NCBI GenBank assembly: GCA_001687465.1
Contig: LVLI01000202.1
Span: forward strand, 310,001 to 346,030
DNA length: 36,030 bases
From: Halocafeteria seosinensis
Lineage: Eukaryota
Direction: 5' to 3'
A program made the translations under genes and the position numbers. Positions 11,966-23,936 of this stretch are shown piece by piece; position 1 is the stretch's first letter; each line of letters starts with the position of its first letter. Below the pieces are notes generated by a model. It worked only from the letters and a program-made list of their open reading frames with translations. It was not told where the DNA came from and searched no databases.

Positions 11966-14060
11966 TTAGTGCCATTGGCAACGGATCTGGAATGTACCGG
12001 ATCGCAAAGCGCATCGCGAGGCACTTTGGAAACGATATAGCTCCTGTAGCATTTTAACATCACGGACGGCGAGTCCTGATTCCGTTGTATTGGGTACTAC
12101 AAAGTGCAAAGTGGCGGATAAATTCTCCATCGGCGCCTTCTTCTGGCCTGGTTCAAATGTAACATTGCCCACAATCGACGGGATTCCCTCCTTGGGAAAC
12201 TTTTCCAAATTCCAAGTCAACGTCTGAGTATCAAAGGAAACAAAAGTCATATATCTAGAACGCATCTAACCTAATTTGAGAACCTACATTGGTGGTCTTA
12301 TCAAAGAGAACCTTGCCTTCGTTCTCGGTTGCAATATCAACATCCGTCACTGCTTTTGGGAACCGAACGACCAAGGCAATATTCTCCACTACAGTCTGTA
12401 GCAAACAGGAGGCAACACTTAGTTCAGGTACCACGCACAATAAGAACAACATCATGTACCTCATTGGAATTTATGGCCGTTCCCATTCCGGAATTGATCG
12501 TGGACCTGGAGGGTACTGGTTTCTTGCCGAGTACAAATCGCACTCGAGCACTGCCGTCACGAAGGTGAATCTCGGGGCGGCAGTACAAAGGGATTGTCGG
12601 CGAGCGGGAAGGAACACGGTAGGTAGCCAACCGGAAACGACCGTCGGGTGGAATGAAAGAGATCGCATGCTCTCTTTCAAATTTAGACAATCGAACACAG
12701 GGATGAAATGCTGCATCATCCAAGATTTTAGCGTCGTTTACAAATAGCACTAGATCAGGAGTTCCAGTAAGATGGCAATTGCACTCAATGGTCCCACGAG
12801 TAGTGTGAGAAACAACTGAGCCATTAGAATCCAAGATACAGTCGACATCTGCGGAAAGATATAACCGTCAGCAACGGTAGGAGAAAACAAACGCGAGAAA
12901 TGCCGGCTTACCCTCTAAGATGTCAAAGAAGATTTCATTATTGGCATATTTTACATCTGTCTTGCGCCAAGGTATTACGCCCAAAGCGCTAGATCCTATA
13001 GTATCGGTGGTTGATGATTTTCCCTGGTAAAATACCAATTAAAAACAAAGAATAGCCATCAACTCAACAGCAGCAGACAAGTTTAGTGGACTGAAACTCA
13101 CTGTTACAAATGCAGCTACGCGATTCGAAAACGTTGGCGGTTTTATCATGGTGCGAAGAGCATTAGGCTCTGTGATCATAGGATACCCGTTGTCCACCAT
13201 TTCTTCTAAGAGCTGCAAATAAATCACGACGGTAATGCGCAACAAAATGTGCAATCAGTTGAACTGAAACCTACGTACTTGGTAAACCACCGAAAACTGG
13301 CGACGAATGGTCTTCTCGGAAACGTTGAAATCCAGGTAGTGTTCAAGAGTATCAACAATTCTGTGTAATAGTTCAACGACGAAGAGACTGGACATCTGTG
13401 GTAAGCATAACAAAAGGTCGCATTGCTCTCCACTACCAGGATGACACGGTAAACCTTTTTGACGCTTACATCTCCTACAAGTACTCCGACAAAGAACATG
13501 TTGTATCTGTACACGTTGACCAAGAAGTGCCTCGTTGCGGGAAGGACAGGAGGTACATCCTGCACAGCAGAGAGGACAAAATGCTAATTTCGTTAAGAAG
13601 AATCTACAGTACTGCTCACACGCGAAGACACCCGCAACAGGAAGCAGTTTCATAGACTTGCATGTGCTTAACATACCTCGCGTCGGGGATGTTTTGCTAC
13701 TTCCTCCCAGAAGGCGTCCAGGTACGTCCGCGGGGTTTTATCGCGCCAGTGCTTCTCCATGACGAGATCCCTGTAGATAAGAAAAAAGTATCCAGAATGT
13801 TTAATATCCAGCGGAAAAACTATGGTATCTCATGTGGTAGGCTGTATACACCGTCGTCCGCATGAAATAACAAAAAAGAAATCATAGGGGAATGGAGCTC
13901 CCCTGTGGAGCATCAAGCTGCTCTTACAGGACCATTGATGGGAAGAAGGGACATCTGACCCTTGTAACTACGTATATGGTTTATGAAAAAAGGTATGACG
14001 ATATTGGAGGAGATCTACTTACCCCGTTTCGGCGCCTAAAATGAACAGAGACTGCAGCAT
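11966..14060 (-). CDS. AP3M: Adaptor protein complex AP-3 mu subunit
   Basis: Spliced reading gives MLQSLFILGAETG|DLVMEKHWR..ELLHRIVDTLEHY..VVYQLLEEMVDNGYPMITEPNALRTMIKPP..IPWRKTDVKYANNEIFFDI..FHPCVRLSKFE..SFIPPDGRFRLATY..GTFQIR. The N-terminus and the IKPP motif are AP-3 type. Confidence 0.88.
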
Positions 14061-15345
14061 CTTGTTTTTTCTAGGCTTTTGTTTAACCTCATAAGCACAC
14101 AACTCTAGAGACTATCAACACGTCCGTACTCTAAAACAAATTATCACAAACATATAAGTGAGGCTGTTGTTCTCGCACGTTGGCTATGACTGCTCGAGTT
14201 GATATCTTCTGGAACAGGTAGCAGAAAAGATTGCTACATCTGGCACATACACTGTGTATGATACACATTACTCGGTATCTCGATGTGTTGAGATGGGTTG
14301 GAGTGGGACACAAAAATGACAGAACCTTGGTTTCACTCTTCGGATTCACCAAGGAATTGTTCTCGTCCTTCTTTTTCTCTTGTGCTTTCTCCGACGAGCA
14401 CTGGTAAAATGCACCGGTGCTGAGAACGTTTGCGCTAATTCAATGAACCGGGCTTTGTTCGTATCTCCTCGCACTGCTAGCTGGTGCACTGAGACTGGGG
14501 AGAAACATACTGTAGTGGAGAGTGAAAGAGAGCCAGGGCGAGGCGAACTGAGACGGATAGAATATCTTAGGTGGAAACCAGATACGAAAACAGCCGAAGC
14601 TACACGAATTGACTTATAAGTGCAAGAGGACACAAACAACCTCCCAATCATGGACTCTGCTACGTAAGCGAGACAAAAATGGGAGTATTGAGAAGCTCAG
14701 ATTTCTGAAAGGTTTAGAAGCTTTGCTTCGCTTCGCGCTGTACTTCGTCAAGTCTTCGTGCAGTGTTCGTGCTGACTGAAGCTGCCATGCTATCCAGCGC
14801 TGTGGTAGGGAAAGTGTGAATAACATATGTACAAGCGTTGAAGAAGTATACCAGTGTCAGAAAAAGAAAAAAAGAAAAGACCCGACAATAAATCAAATGT
14901 AAGCTGTCGAAGACTCCCGGATACTTAACACTGCAACTATACACCAGACTTTTTCCTACTCCTCACTGAGAGGATGTCCATGTCAACAATGACTACGACC
15001 TAGCGGCATATTTGCTTGTCTTCTTCCAGTAGTAGAAGTAGTGTGTATTATTATGGTCTGCCGGCTAAGTAGTACTATCAAGTTAACCATGAGCGATATG
15101 TATTCAGATGTCTGCAAAGTATTACGGCTGTTACTCCGTGAGTCGCGATAAGCACATAGCTTCATAACGTGTAAAAATGTACAACAATGTATACCGCGGG
15201 CATGTTACTCACGTATAACTAGACTAGGACGGACGCTCGTGGATCATGTAAAAGACCGCCCAAAGTCGTGTACTACAGGCTGTCTACAGCGCCTTGTCTT
15301 CATACCAAGCTCAAGTCTTGAAAGCTGTTGGGAATATGTCGGCAT

Positions 15346-18300
15346 CTATGAGGGATCCTGTGACAACGTAGTCAAATCTTCAAAGAAATCCCTCAACCAT
15401 ATCTCCGTGGAGCACTTCAGGAACTGTCTTCTTGTGCCCTGTATCGACCGCTGCCTCTCAGCATTTCCCCTGGGAGAATTACGAGAAAATCTATCAAACT
15501 TCTTGTTATACGTCAGTTCCTCAGAGTCACTGCTGACAAACTCAAGAGAAATTTCTTGCTCGACGAAATAGAGCTTGTTGGGATCGCCTTCGCTGTTGGA
15601 TAAAACAGATATTTCAGTATCTCCACCAAACCATAAATTTACATCATACCGATTGATATACTCTTGTACTTTGTCACGGACGCGCTCAGAGCGATCATTT
15701 CCCTCTCGGGAAAGCGGGCCCGGAGTTGTCGTTCCACCAGTGCTGTCACTGTTTGAATATAGATCACTAAGTGCTCCCTGGCCAGATTTATAAGATACGA
15801 CTTTTATCATTTCCGAGACAAACGTCGGGAGATGTTCAACCAATTTTACTAAGGTAGCAAAGATGCACCCTCCGTGAATTTCTACTACGGGTACAATGAA
15901 CTCAGCCCATGAAAATGAAGTTAACCCATGCTCACCTCCAGATAAAGTAGTACTCACAACAGGGGTATTAATCTCCCTTGTTTCACATTCGGAAATGTCA
16001 CGAAGAGCTTTTGCATCCAGCATCAAAGAAGTTCTTACTAAGGAGCATTGTAAGCGGACGAATGTCTCAACAGCAATGTTTCGTTCATCCTGATAGATCA
16101 TCTCTTCCGCATTCTCTGAATCCACTGGGTATGCGAAACTGAGAGAGAAGGAGCCATCTCTGTTTCTCTCTATCATAGTGTAATAATGAACAGGACACCA
16201 CGTTATATTAGGCGTCGAAAACGACAAGTCTGTTCCTTTCTTGCAGTGCACCTTAAGAAGCGGAGCCCAAGCGCTAACAGACCCCTCTGAGCCTCCCCGC
16301 AATTGCGTACAACCATGGCATTGGATCCTATCGAACATACCCTCTAAAAAGCGAAAGAGAGTCTCGATCTTTGAAACAGCCGCACGGACGCGCTCTTCTG
16401 ATTGAGCAAGTGATTTTGCTGATCGCGTTTGTTGAGAGCCAACGCTCTCTGCCGCATCAGAAATTCGTCGATCTCGTGAGAGTTCGCCATTCAAACCGAC
16501 GAAATTATCAAGTTCAGCAGCACTAGAGCGTCTGAGTTTCTCTCCTGACGAACGTTTGTCGAGTGCCAAGAGTGAAGATGCTCTTCCTCGATGAGACCGC
16601 TTCCCCTCTATAGCGTTCAGTTCGCTCACACTTTCCGGGGTCCTGATCAACCCGGGAGAACAATCTGTACTTTCACTGTCCTCACTAATTGCCGGAGAAA
16701 AGCTCCCCATAGCGTTGTCAAACGAAGTTCGTCCGCGGACACCGGCTCTCTTCAAGAGCTTAGTAGAAAGCCCTGTCTTTTTTCGATAATACTCTTGAAT
16801 GCGTTTCAGTATGATCTCCTCAACAGTGAGCATTGTTGAACGAAGATAAAGACAACCATCGCATTCGTCTATGGATATTTGTACTCGAAACGGTTGTCGA
16901 TTGATTCTGGAAGCCGCACAGAAAATCTTATAGGCATCCAATTGAAATGCCTGAGCACGTTGCTGAGACTGAGACGTGGATCCGTAACCCGATGAGCAGT
17001 CACCCACCATAGTTTCGAAAACTTTCACCTGGACGTAGACATCCAGTAACTGCAGGGAAAGAATACGTGAAATATTTTACCGAATGCGGCTTGAGCCTCC
17101 TCTCATGCAACGTACTTGTTGGAACTTCTTAGCTAATTCATTCCATTGGCTCGTTCCTTGACCGGTATTGATTGAATGACTCGTTGTTCCTTGGCGCCCA
17201 GCAGCATATTCTTCGCAACAGGCCCTCGGGCAATACCGGTTTAAGAACTCAATGACATCGCCTAAGCACTGAATCAGTGGCGGGTTCAGTCTGTTCCAGA
17301 ATATAATCCACATAAGTCTGCTGCACGAGGGCAAGAATAATCTTCCACTTGGCGGGGGCACTTACCCGGCTAGTGTTTGGGCTTCAACCAATGCTGTTGC
17401 CTGAGTTGGAGTAATATCTAACCATCGGCAAGCAAGTATCGACAACTCTTCCGTGGTACAACTTTGATTAGTGCAACCTTCACTGAGGGCCACCTTTTCG
17501 CTCGCAAGACGGTTGCTGCCCCCATCTGCATTGTCTTGAATGACACAGGGACACTTCCTCAAAAAGTTCTCGCGTATTCGTTCATCAGACAGACACTCTA
17601 TGCCAGCAATGGAACACATAGGTGGCAGACAGTGATCACATCCACTCATGTCTTTCTCCTCGAGTTCCTTCCACTTGCGCGTTAGTTCTGTATCTTTGGC
17701 TCCGTTCAGGGGGGCATCCAATATCGTGGAAGGTAAACTCGAAAGAGAGAACTGCACACAAAGAACACTGTGTGTAATGCAACATAAACAATCTAACCAA
17801 CACCTACGTACCTCAATAGTAGCACTGAATTTTTGAGGCGTCAAACACAGCAAGGATCCGAGTTCCTTAGGAATTAACGGTATTATCCCTTTCTTAATTT
17901 GAGCAGGAACGATGAGATTGACAACCCATTGTAGTACCCGGCGAGGGACATGTATACCGCCCTGTTGTCGCCTACGTAGGTTAGACAATTCAAACTTATA
18001 GCCTTCAGCGACCTTCCATGTCCCTTCTAGTGAAGAGATGCGGTCTTTAGTAGTTTCGTACTTCGCGCGAGAGGCCGATGACATTGAGGAAGCAGGAACG
18101 TAATAAAGTGGCAGTTGCAAAGTTGCATCAGCAGACACTTCTAACTCTCGAATTTTCGTATTTGGCACTTTCGAACCCCTTTCTCCTTTAAGGCCAAAAT
18201 CGTACAATCGCAATCCCAAGCTGAGAGAGTTCAAATTAACAGTGATTGTCGGGAAGCATTTCAATTTCCAATCAGGGTCATTCGGATGCGATATGTTAGG

Positions 18301-18943
18301 AATATCGCCGATGTTGAACGAAAGACTAGGCTGTTTTCTCCGGTGTCCTCTGTTGGAGCCAGTAGAGGAGCGCTCCCACTGAGCCGCTTGAACGCTAATT
18401 GTCATATTCCCTCGGACCTCTTGTAACCAAAAGTCTCTTGCACCGATGAAGACGCCGTTAGCTCCCGTTGAGTAGTAATAGCCTAGCTCCTCGGGGAAGT
18501 ATTGCTGTTTCTTGGCCGTTTCCATTGCTTCGTCCAACTGTCTAATATTTTCGTCTAGCTGCGTATTGGAGGATTTCCACAGTACTTAAGCATCAAATGC
18601 ACATTATTTTAGTGCGCGTTTTGTCTCAAGGTAGGTCACTTACCTCTCCAATTTTGCCCCAAAACTCAGTTTCTACTTCCTCTATGTTGGGATCCTCTGG
18701 ATCCATTTTCTCCATCGATTGTTCGTAAGATTTCACAGTTTCCTGGTACTGTTTACTACACTGCTCCTTTTCCGCTTCGCATTTTTTGACGAATTTTTCG
18801 AAATTCTTCTTGTTGTTATATTGCCTTGCTTTGAATGCCTCTTCAGCCTTCTTATGTGCTTTAATCAGCTGCTGAATCTCACCCCCTAATGCACGGAGCT
18901 GGCGCGTTCCTTCCTCTCGGAACGTCCCTGCTTCTTCGGCCAT
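15346..18943 (-). CDS. Large uncharacterised multi-exon protein: N-terminal coiled coil, then a possible TULIP/SMP-like lipid-binding region
   Basis: ORFs 18626-18943, 17362-18537 and 15346-17028 lie on one strand and are separated by GT-AG introns (GTAAGT donors near 18642 and 17366). The family call is inference only. Confidence 0.7.
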
Positions 18944-19366
18944 CTTAGTTTCCTCCTCAAGCGTTCAAGAGTTCCAGCTTGTGGTGCTATATGCACGAGT
19001 TAATGCAGAGAATGAGCACACGCCATGATGTTTTCTGGCGACAGATTGACGTCACACCACCCCAAATACGCTTTTTGCTACTCCTTTTCTACCCTACCAA
19101 GTCATGACACTAACAGACAAACTCTCGTGGAAACATCCACATACAGAGATGTCCGAAAACATGCCATTGGGGAGCCTTGAAAGACAAGATCGTGGAAACC
19201 TCGTAGCTGCAACTTCAACCATCCATCTGAGATATCTCCCCATGTAGCTACTGTCTACATTGTGTATGAGTTTGATGTAACGCAAGTTCTTAATTTTTAT
19301 TGAAGTGTAACTAGTAGGGTAGTAAGTGTTACACACATACGTCCTCTTGTATGGGGGAGAAAAAAA

Positions 19367-22229
19367 ATGAGGTGAGCCAAGATATCTATATGGAGTGGGC
19401 TATTTCTGTATTCATCTTATTGTTATGGTATGGCATGTTATGGGCGAGTGCAGTAAGCAAAAGAGCGGACATCGAAAAGTACGCTCCAATTTGGGGTCGT
19501 GGCTGGAAGAGGAAGAGGACATGGAAGATGAAGATTCCTCTGTGCTATCCTATCAGTCTCCTAAAGCCCAAAAAGGCCAGCATAGAAAGACTGCCACTAT
19601 GTCGGCGGTCCCCACGGGTTCCCCAGACCAGGATAAGGGACGGACAGGAGGAGGAGCAGCAGCAAGTGGAGGAATGTCTAAAGCGAAATCGTCGGGGACG
19701 CTTCCGCAACGACCCACACAGCAACAGCAACCGGCATTCGTATATACAACCTCCATCCCCGCACTGTGGAAGTGGGAAGGGGGCCAATACGAACGAGTTT
19801 GCGATGGGCCTGTGGGTTGTGTCGTTCTAGGTGAGTGTCCTTGTTCGTTTATACTTTGCCCATGGATATGATATGCTAACCTCTTCGATGTTACTGGCTC
19901 CGCACAGATAATAAGAAGCACTTCGCAGTTGTGCTGTATGATAGCTCCAGGAAGACGCAAGCCACAATACCGATCAACCCGAAGCTTGTAGTCAAAGTAC
20001 TCTCGCAAAGTCACGTATCATTTGCATACGATGACAAATGCTATACCGTACACTGCCATGAGTTTACGCAGCTGCTTAACCTTTTGAGGTTAGTGGCCCC
20101 ATGCTGTGATTTTTTGAGATACCGTCTAGTATGGCATGCTGAGCTGCAGGTCGATAATCTTCTCGAATGCGCTATTTGTAAAGTTTTGCACCTTCAAGAT
20201 ACTCAGCCAGCTTACCCATTCCGCTATTAAGGATGAGGGAGATAGGTCAAACTGCGTTCGGAATTTGTCTGTAACGGCGGATGTGTCTAGTGATGCATCA
20301 GCCATCAGTATTTCAAACGAGTATGTTTCCAGCCGCTTTATTGATATTCTTAACTAGTACTGACTCGTATCCGAACCTGTTCTGAGGTTGTGCAGCTCGC
20401 ATGCTTCCCTTGAGATCACATTTTATTCGGTGCCAAAAGAAAATATAAGCAGTTTGGATAAGAAATTAAACGATATCGAACTTGTGACTCTAAAGCATCG
20501 TGGTTTGCAAGACGTTTGTTATTCGAATTGTTCTGTCGCTGGTCACATACATAAAATCCTGGGATGGGTTGACGGTGTTCATGAAGGTGCATTCCACTGG
20601 AGAGTGGTGGATTCTCCAATGATTGAAGCTCTTCGAACTGAATGCGAAACAGGGGAAGTAAAGGAAGTATCGCAAGATTCCAACCAGTGGGCCGTAATGG
20701 AGATACACGTGAAGAGTGTAAGAGCACAAACAAATGAGGCTGACCAGGGGACGGCACCTACAGAACCTATCGGTAACTTTGCGTCTGAAGCTTCCACGGA
20801 GAGTGTACCTGTCGATGGTGGCTCGACCGACAATGCAACTAATGCATCGATTGGATTTCATCCTGAGACTGAGGCTGAAGCGGATAGTGCAAGGAGCAGA
20901 AGTGGTTCCAAAGAGGACATTGTCCAGCGGATGGCTAGATTGGGAAGAGCAGCTGGTGGAGGCGCTGTCCCTAATTTCTTTGCGAAAACTGCAGCACCAT
21001 CCGAAGCTAAAGAGATGGAAACGAAGGAATGGAAGGACAACAACGAGGCTACAGAGACCAATGTCGCCGCTCAAGTGTCACAGCCAGCTCTTGCAAGTTC
21101 CGAGACAATGAGTGAGAATCAGAAAACTGTCCATTCTAGAGTATTGCATGACCATGATTTGGCGTCGAAGAAGAGTGGATCCAGCGATGATGTGTCAGAG
21201 CGATCGTCTAAAGTTGACACCGGGCGAAATACCACGGACACTACAAGCTCAGTCGTCTCTGAAGCTGAAAGCGGTGGTTTTGGTTTTGTAGATACGGGTA
21301 GTTATGCCAATGGCTCGAAAGAGGAGAGAATTGTCGTCCGTGATGATAGCGATGAGGATATACCCGTGGCCAAAGCTCAACAACGAAAAAACGCTTACGA
21401 TAGAGAGCACTCGAGTTATGTCGCTTCCGCGGGTAGTAACTTCGGTGCTGGGATGCTTGAGCGTATTCTAATGGATACAGGAAGGTTGATGAATTCAGTT
21501 TCACAGATTGAAACGAAATTAGACGCGTTGAATTCAAGCAAGTCTAAGAGCTTAAAAAGCCCGATTCCACCAGAGGAAAGTCAGGAGGAGGATTCCTTTG
21601 AGTATATTAGGTCCCTGATTTCAAAGGTAAACGAGGCCATAGAGGCATGCGAAGAGAAGACGAAGCATAGTGGTCGAAATAACGAATCGCTTGAAGAAGA
21701 GATCCAAATGCTACATGAACAGCTTGAACATGCACGATCCGATCGTTCTAGCTTGCAAAGACGTGTGACCAGCTTTCAGGCCGAATTGCGAGAAACACGG
21801 AAAACTTTGGACACAGTAAGACAGCAGCTGGATGAGTCCGAAGATGACAACAGTAGGCTTCGAGAGCGCCTCTCCTCGGCTAAGTCTCGCCACAGTGGTT
21901 CGAATGCCTCCAGTTTCCAACAAGAGAGCAATTTACCTGACAATGCATGCTTGGTCACAAACGTTCAAGAAGTTTCAGATCCACAAGCGTTAGGAAAAGA
22001 CACATACGTCCGCGGGGATGTCGTCGCTGAGCTTATGTCTCAATTCGTAGCCAAAGCAGATCTTGAAAGAAAAGAAGAGGAGAAGAATGCTGCCGAAAGG
22101 GAACTGGAGAATTTGAAGTCTTCGATGAACCAGCAGATAAAGCAGATAAAGTCGCAATACAAGAAAGAAGCGAAGGAAGCTATAAGACGGGCGCAGGAAG
22201 AAGCGACCGGCTCTTCAATCTCTACGTAG
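19367..22229 (+). CDS. FKBP15/WAFL-like protein (WH1/PH-like domain, degenerate FKBP domain, coiled coil)
   Basis: The first coding exon is ATGAG (19367-19371). The spliced protein has LSYQSPKAQK, WKWEGGQYER..PVGCVVL..HFAVVLYD..VSFAYDD, an FKBP-like segment (LGWVDGV..WAVMEIHVKSVR), the motif KEDIVQRMARLG and a C-terminal coiled coil. The order matches FKBP15 as I recall it. Confidence 0.68.
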
Positions 22230-22291
22230 ACGCAGTAAAGTTCCTTTTATTGGTGTCCTTGCCAAATCGACACGCTCCATGCAGGCTCTTA

Positions 22292-23733
22292 TCACGTTGT
22301 CAATAGTTCTCTGTACCAATTCGCTTCTTTCATCATTTCAGCTGGTGATCTAATCTGTGTTCTAGTATTTCCTTTGGGGTCTAGCTCAGTTCGGTTGGTA
22401 TCGTGGCGCACTTGGTCGCTTTCGTCAATTAGGTGGTAGATTTCATCGTTGTCATCGAGATCTCCCATTACTCGTGGAAGTATGTGTATGTGGGTATGTG
22501 GAACCGTCTGTCCAGCTGACTCGCCATCTTGAATGGCGAAGGTCAGCGACTCAGCACCATGGGCGGATTCAAGCATACTCCCGATTCTCTGAGCCGTAGT
22601 CCACATATCTCCCACTTCTTGCGCTGTCAATGACGAAAACCGCGGAACCTTCCGTCGGCTCACTACCAAGGAATGTCCAGGCAGTACTGGTTTAATGTTG
22701 CAAAGCGTAAAGCAGTGGGAAGAATTAAAAAACGTCTGAGAATCCAGTACCACATTTGGTCCAAACGCTAACGTCTCGTCAGCCAGTAGTCGCGTATCCC
22801 CGAGCAAGTTCCCAATAAGTTCATCTAACTGAAGCATCCTTGTTTTCTCTTTGAGGAAGTCATTAAGAGAGAAAACCGTCCTGTGTTTCGTTTCTTGCTT
22901 CCCTACTTCCAATCCTGTATCCGTATCGCGTTCGGATTCCTCAACGTGAGAGTACGGCTGCTGAGATTCCTCCTCCTCTTTCTCTTTGCCCCTCTCATTC
23001 GCAGTGGTTAAAACAGCGGCATTATTTTCACATCCCAGTACAAAATTTGATTCCTCCTTTCGGGAACACAGAACGAGCTGTGTGTTGTCCTTCAAGAAAC
23101 TTTGGGGACTCTGTCGGTTCCAGGATACACAATTTCGTCACTTCCACGTAATCAAGTAGCTGTTTATATACTTGTACGACATCACATACCACACTGGCCA
23201 CGTATACACGGGAAGCAGAATTGTCTTGAGAAGTGAAAGGACTCGACTGATTGAGCATCGTATCCACATCCACTCCTCGGTCTCCGAGCTCCAGCGCTTC
23301 CGTCAAGTCCGAGGGTGGATTCGAGGTACTGGTGGTTTGCGAGAGATAATCGATGACTTTGTCCTTAGTTTGAGGCCAATACAGGAGCCTCACGTCGTAT
23401 CCTTGTCTGCAAAATGTGGGAGGAAAGAAGGCTGTATGCAGTGAGGTAATCCGGACGTGGACGACTCCACGTACTTGGTGAGAGCGCGAGTTCCACAGCA
23501 CAGAGTTTCATGAGAAGTCCCATGCAACCATAGCTGAGGCATGAAAAGTATTTCCCGAATACTCGGGTACTTTGGCAAGAGTTGATGCAATGGGAACTTG
23601 GTCATTACGAATGTGGATATGATGATGCTGCTACCACCGGTAATGCTGTGTACAATCCATTTCACTTCGGTCAGTTTATTGGGTTGCTAGCAAAACTGCC
23701 GGGAACTAGTTACTAACATCACCAAGCGGTCAT
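22292..23733 (-). CDS. FHIT: FHIT-family bis(5'-adenosyl)-triphosphatase with a long N-terminal extension (5' end uncertain)
   Basis: FGP..NIKPVLPGHSLV..RFSSLT..AIQDGESAGQTVPHTHIHILPR..NDEIY..RSPAEMMKEA. Upstream exons splice in frame. The start at 23733 is tentative. Confidence 0.8.
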
Positions 23734-23936
23734 GCGGATGTGAGATTGCACAGGTTAGCGGATCTCTCCAAACAAGCGAGAGCTACGCAACCTAACTTGA
23801 TTGAGCGATGGAGCTCAAAGCAATTAACTGTGCGTGCACAACATGAACACACTTTCCGGATGTGATTAACCTCCCCTCAGCAACATCCAAATATAATTAT
23901 ACGACCTCGAAGCTTTACCACCTGTGGCCGATACTC

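Noticed and set aside
15270..15348. Possible TAG readthrough or alternative genetic code at the end of the large orphan gene
   Set aside because: The downstream frame closes quickly, and recognisable genes in the window end at TAA, TAG and TGA with no in-frame stops in conserved exons.
19047..19054. CRE-like palindrome TGACGTCA in the divergent promoter
   Set aside because: An 8-mer is expected by chance at this scale, and the same word occurs in an RRP1 intron near 1609.
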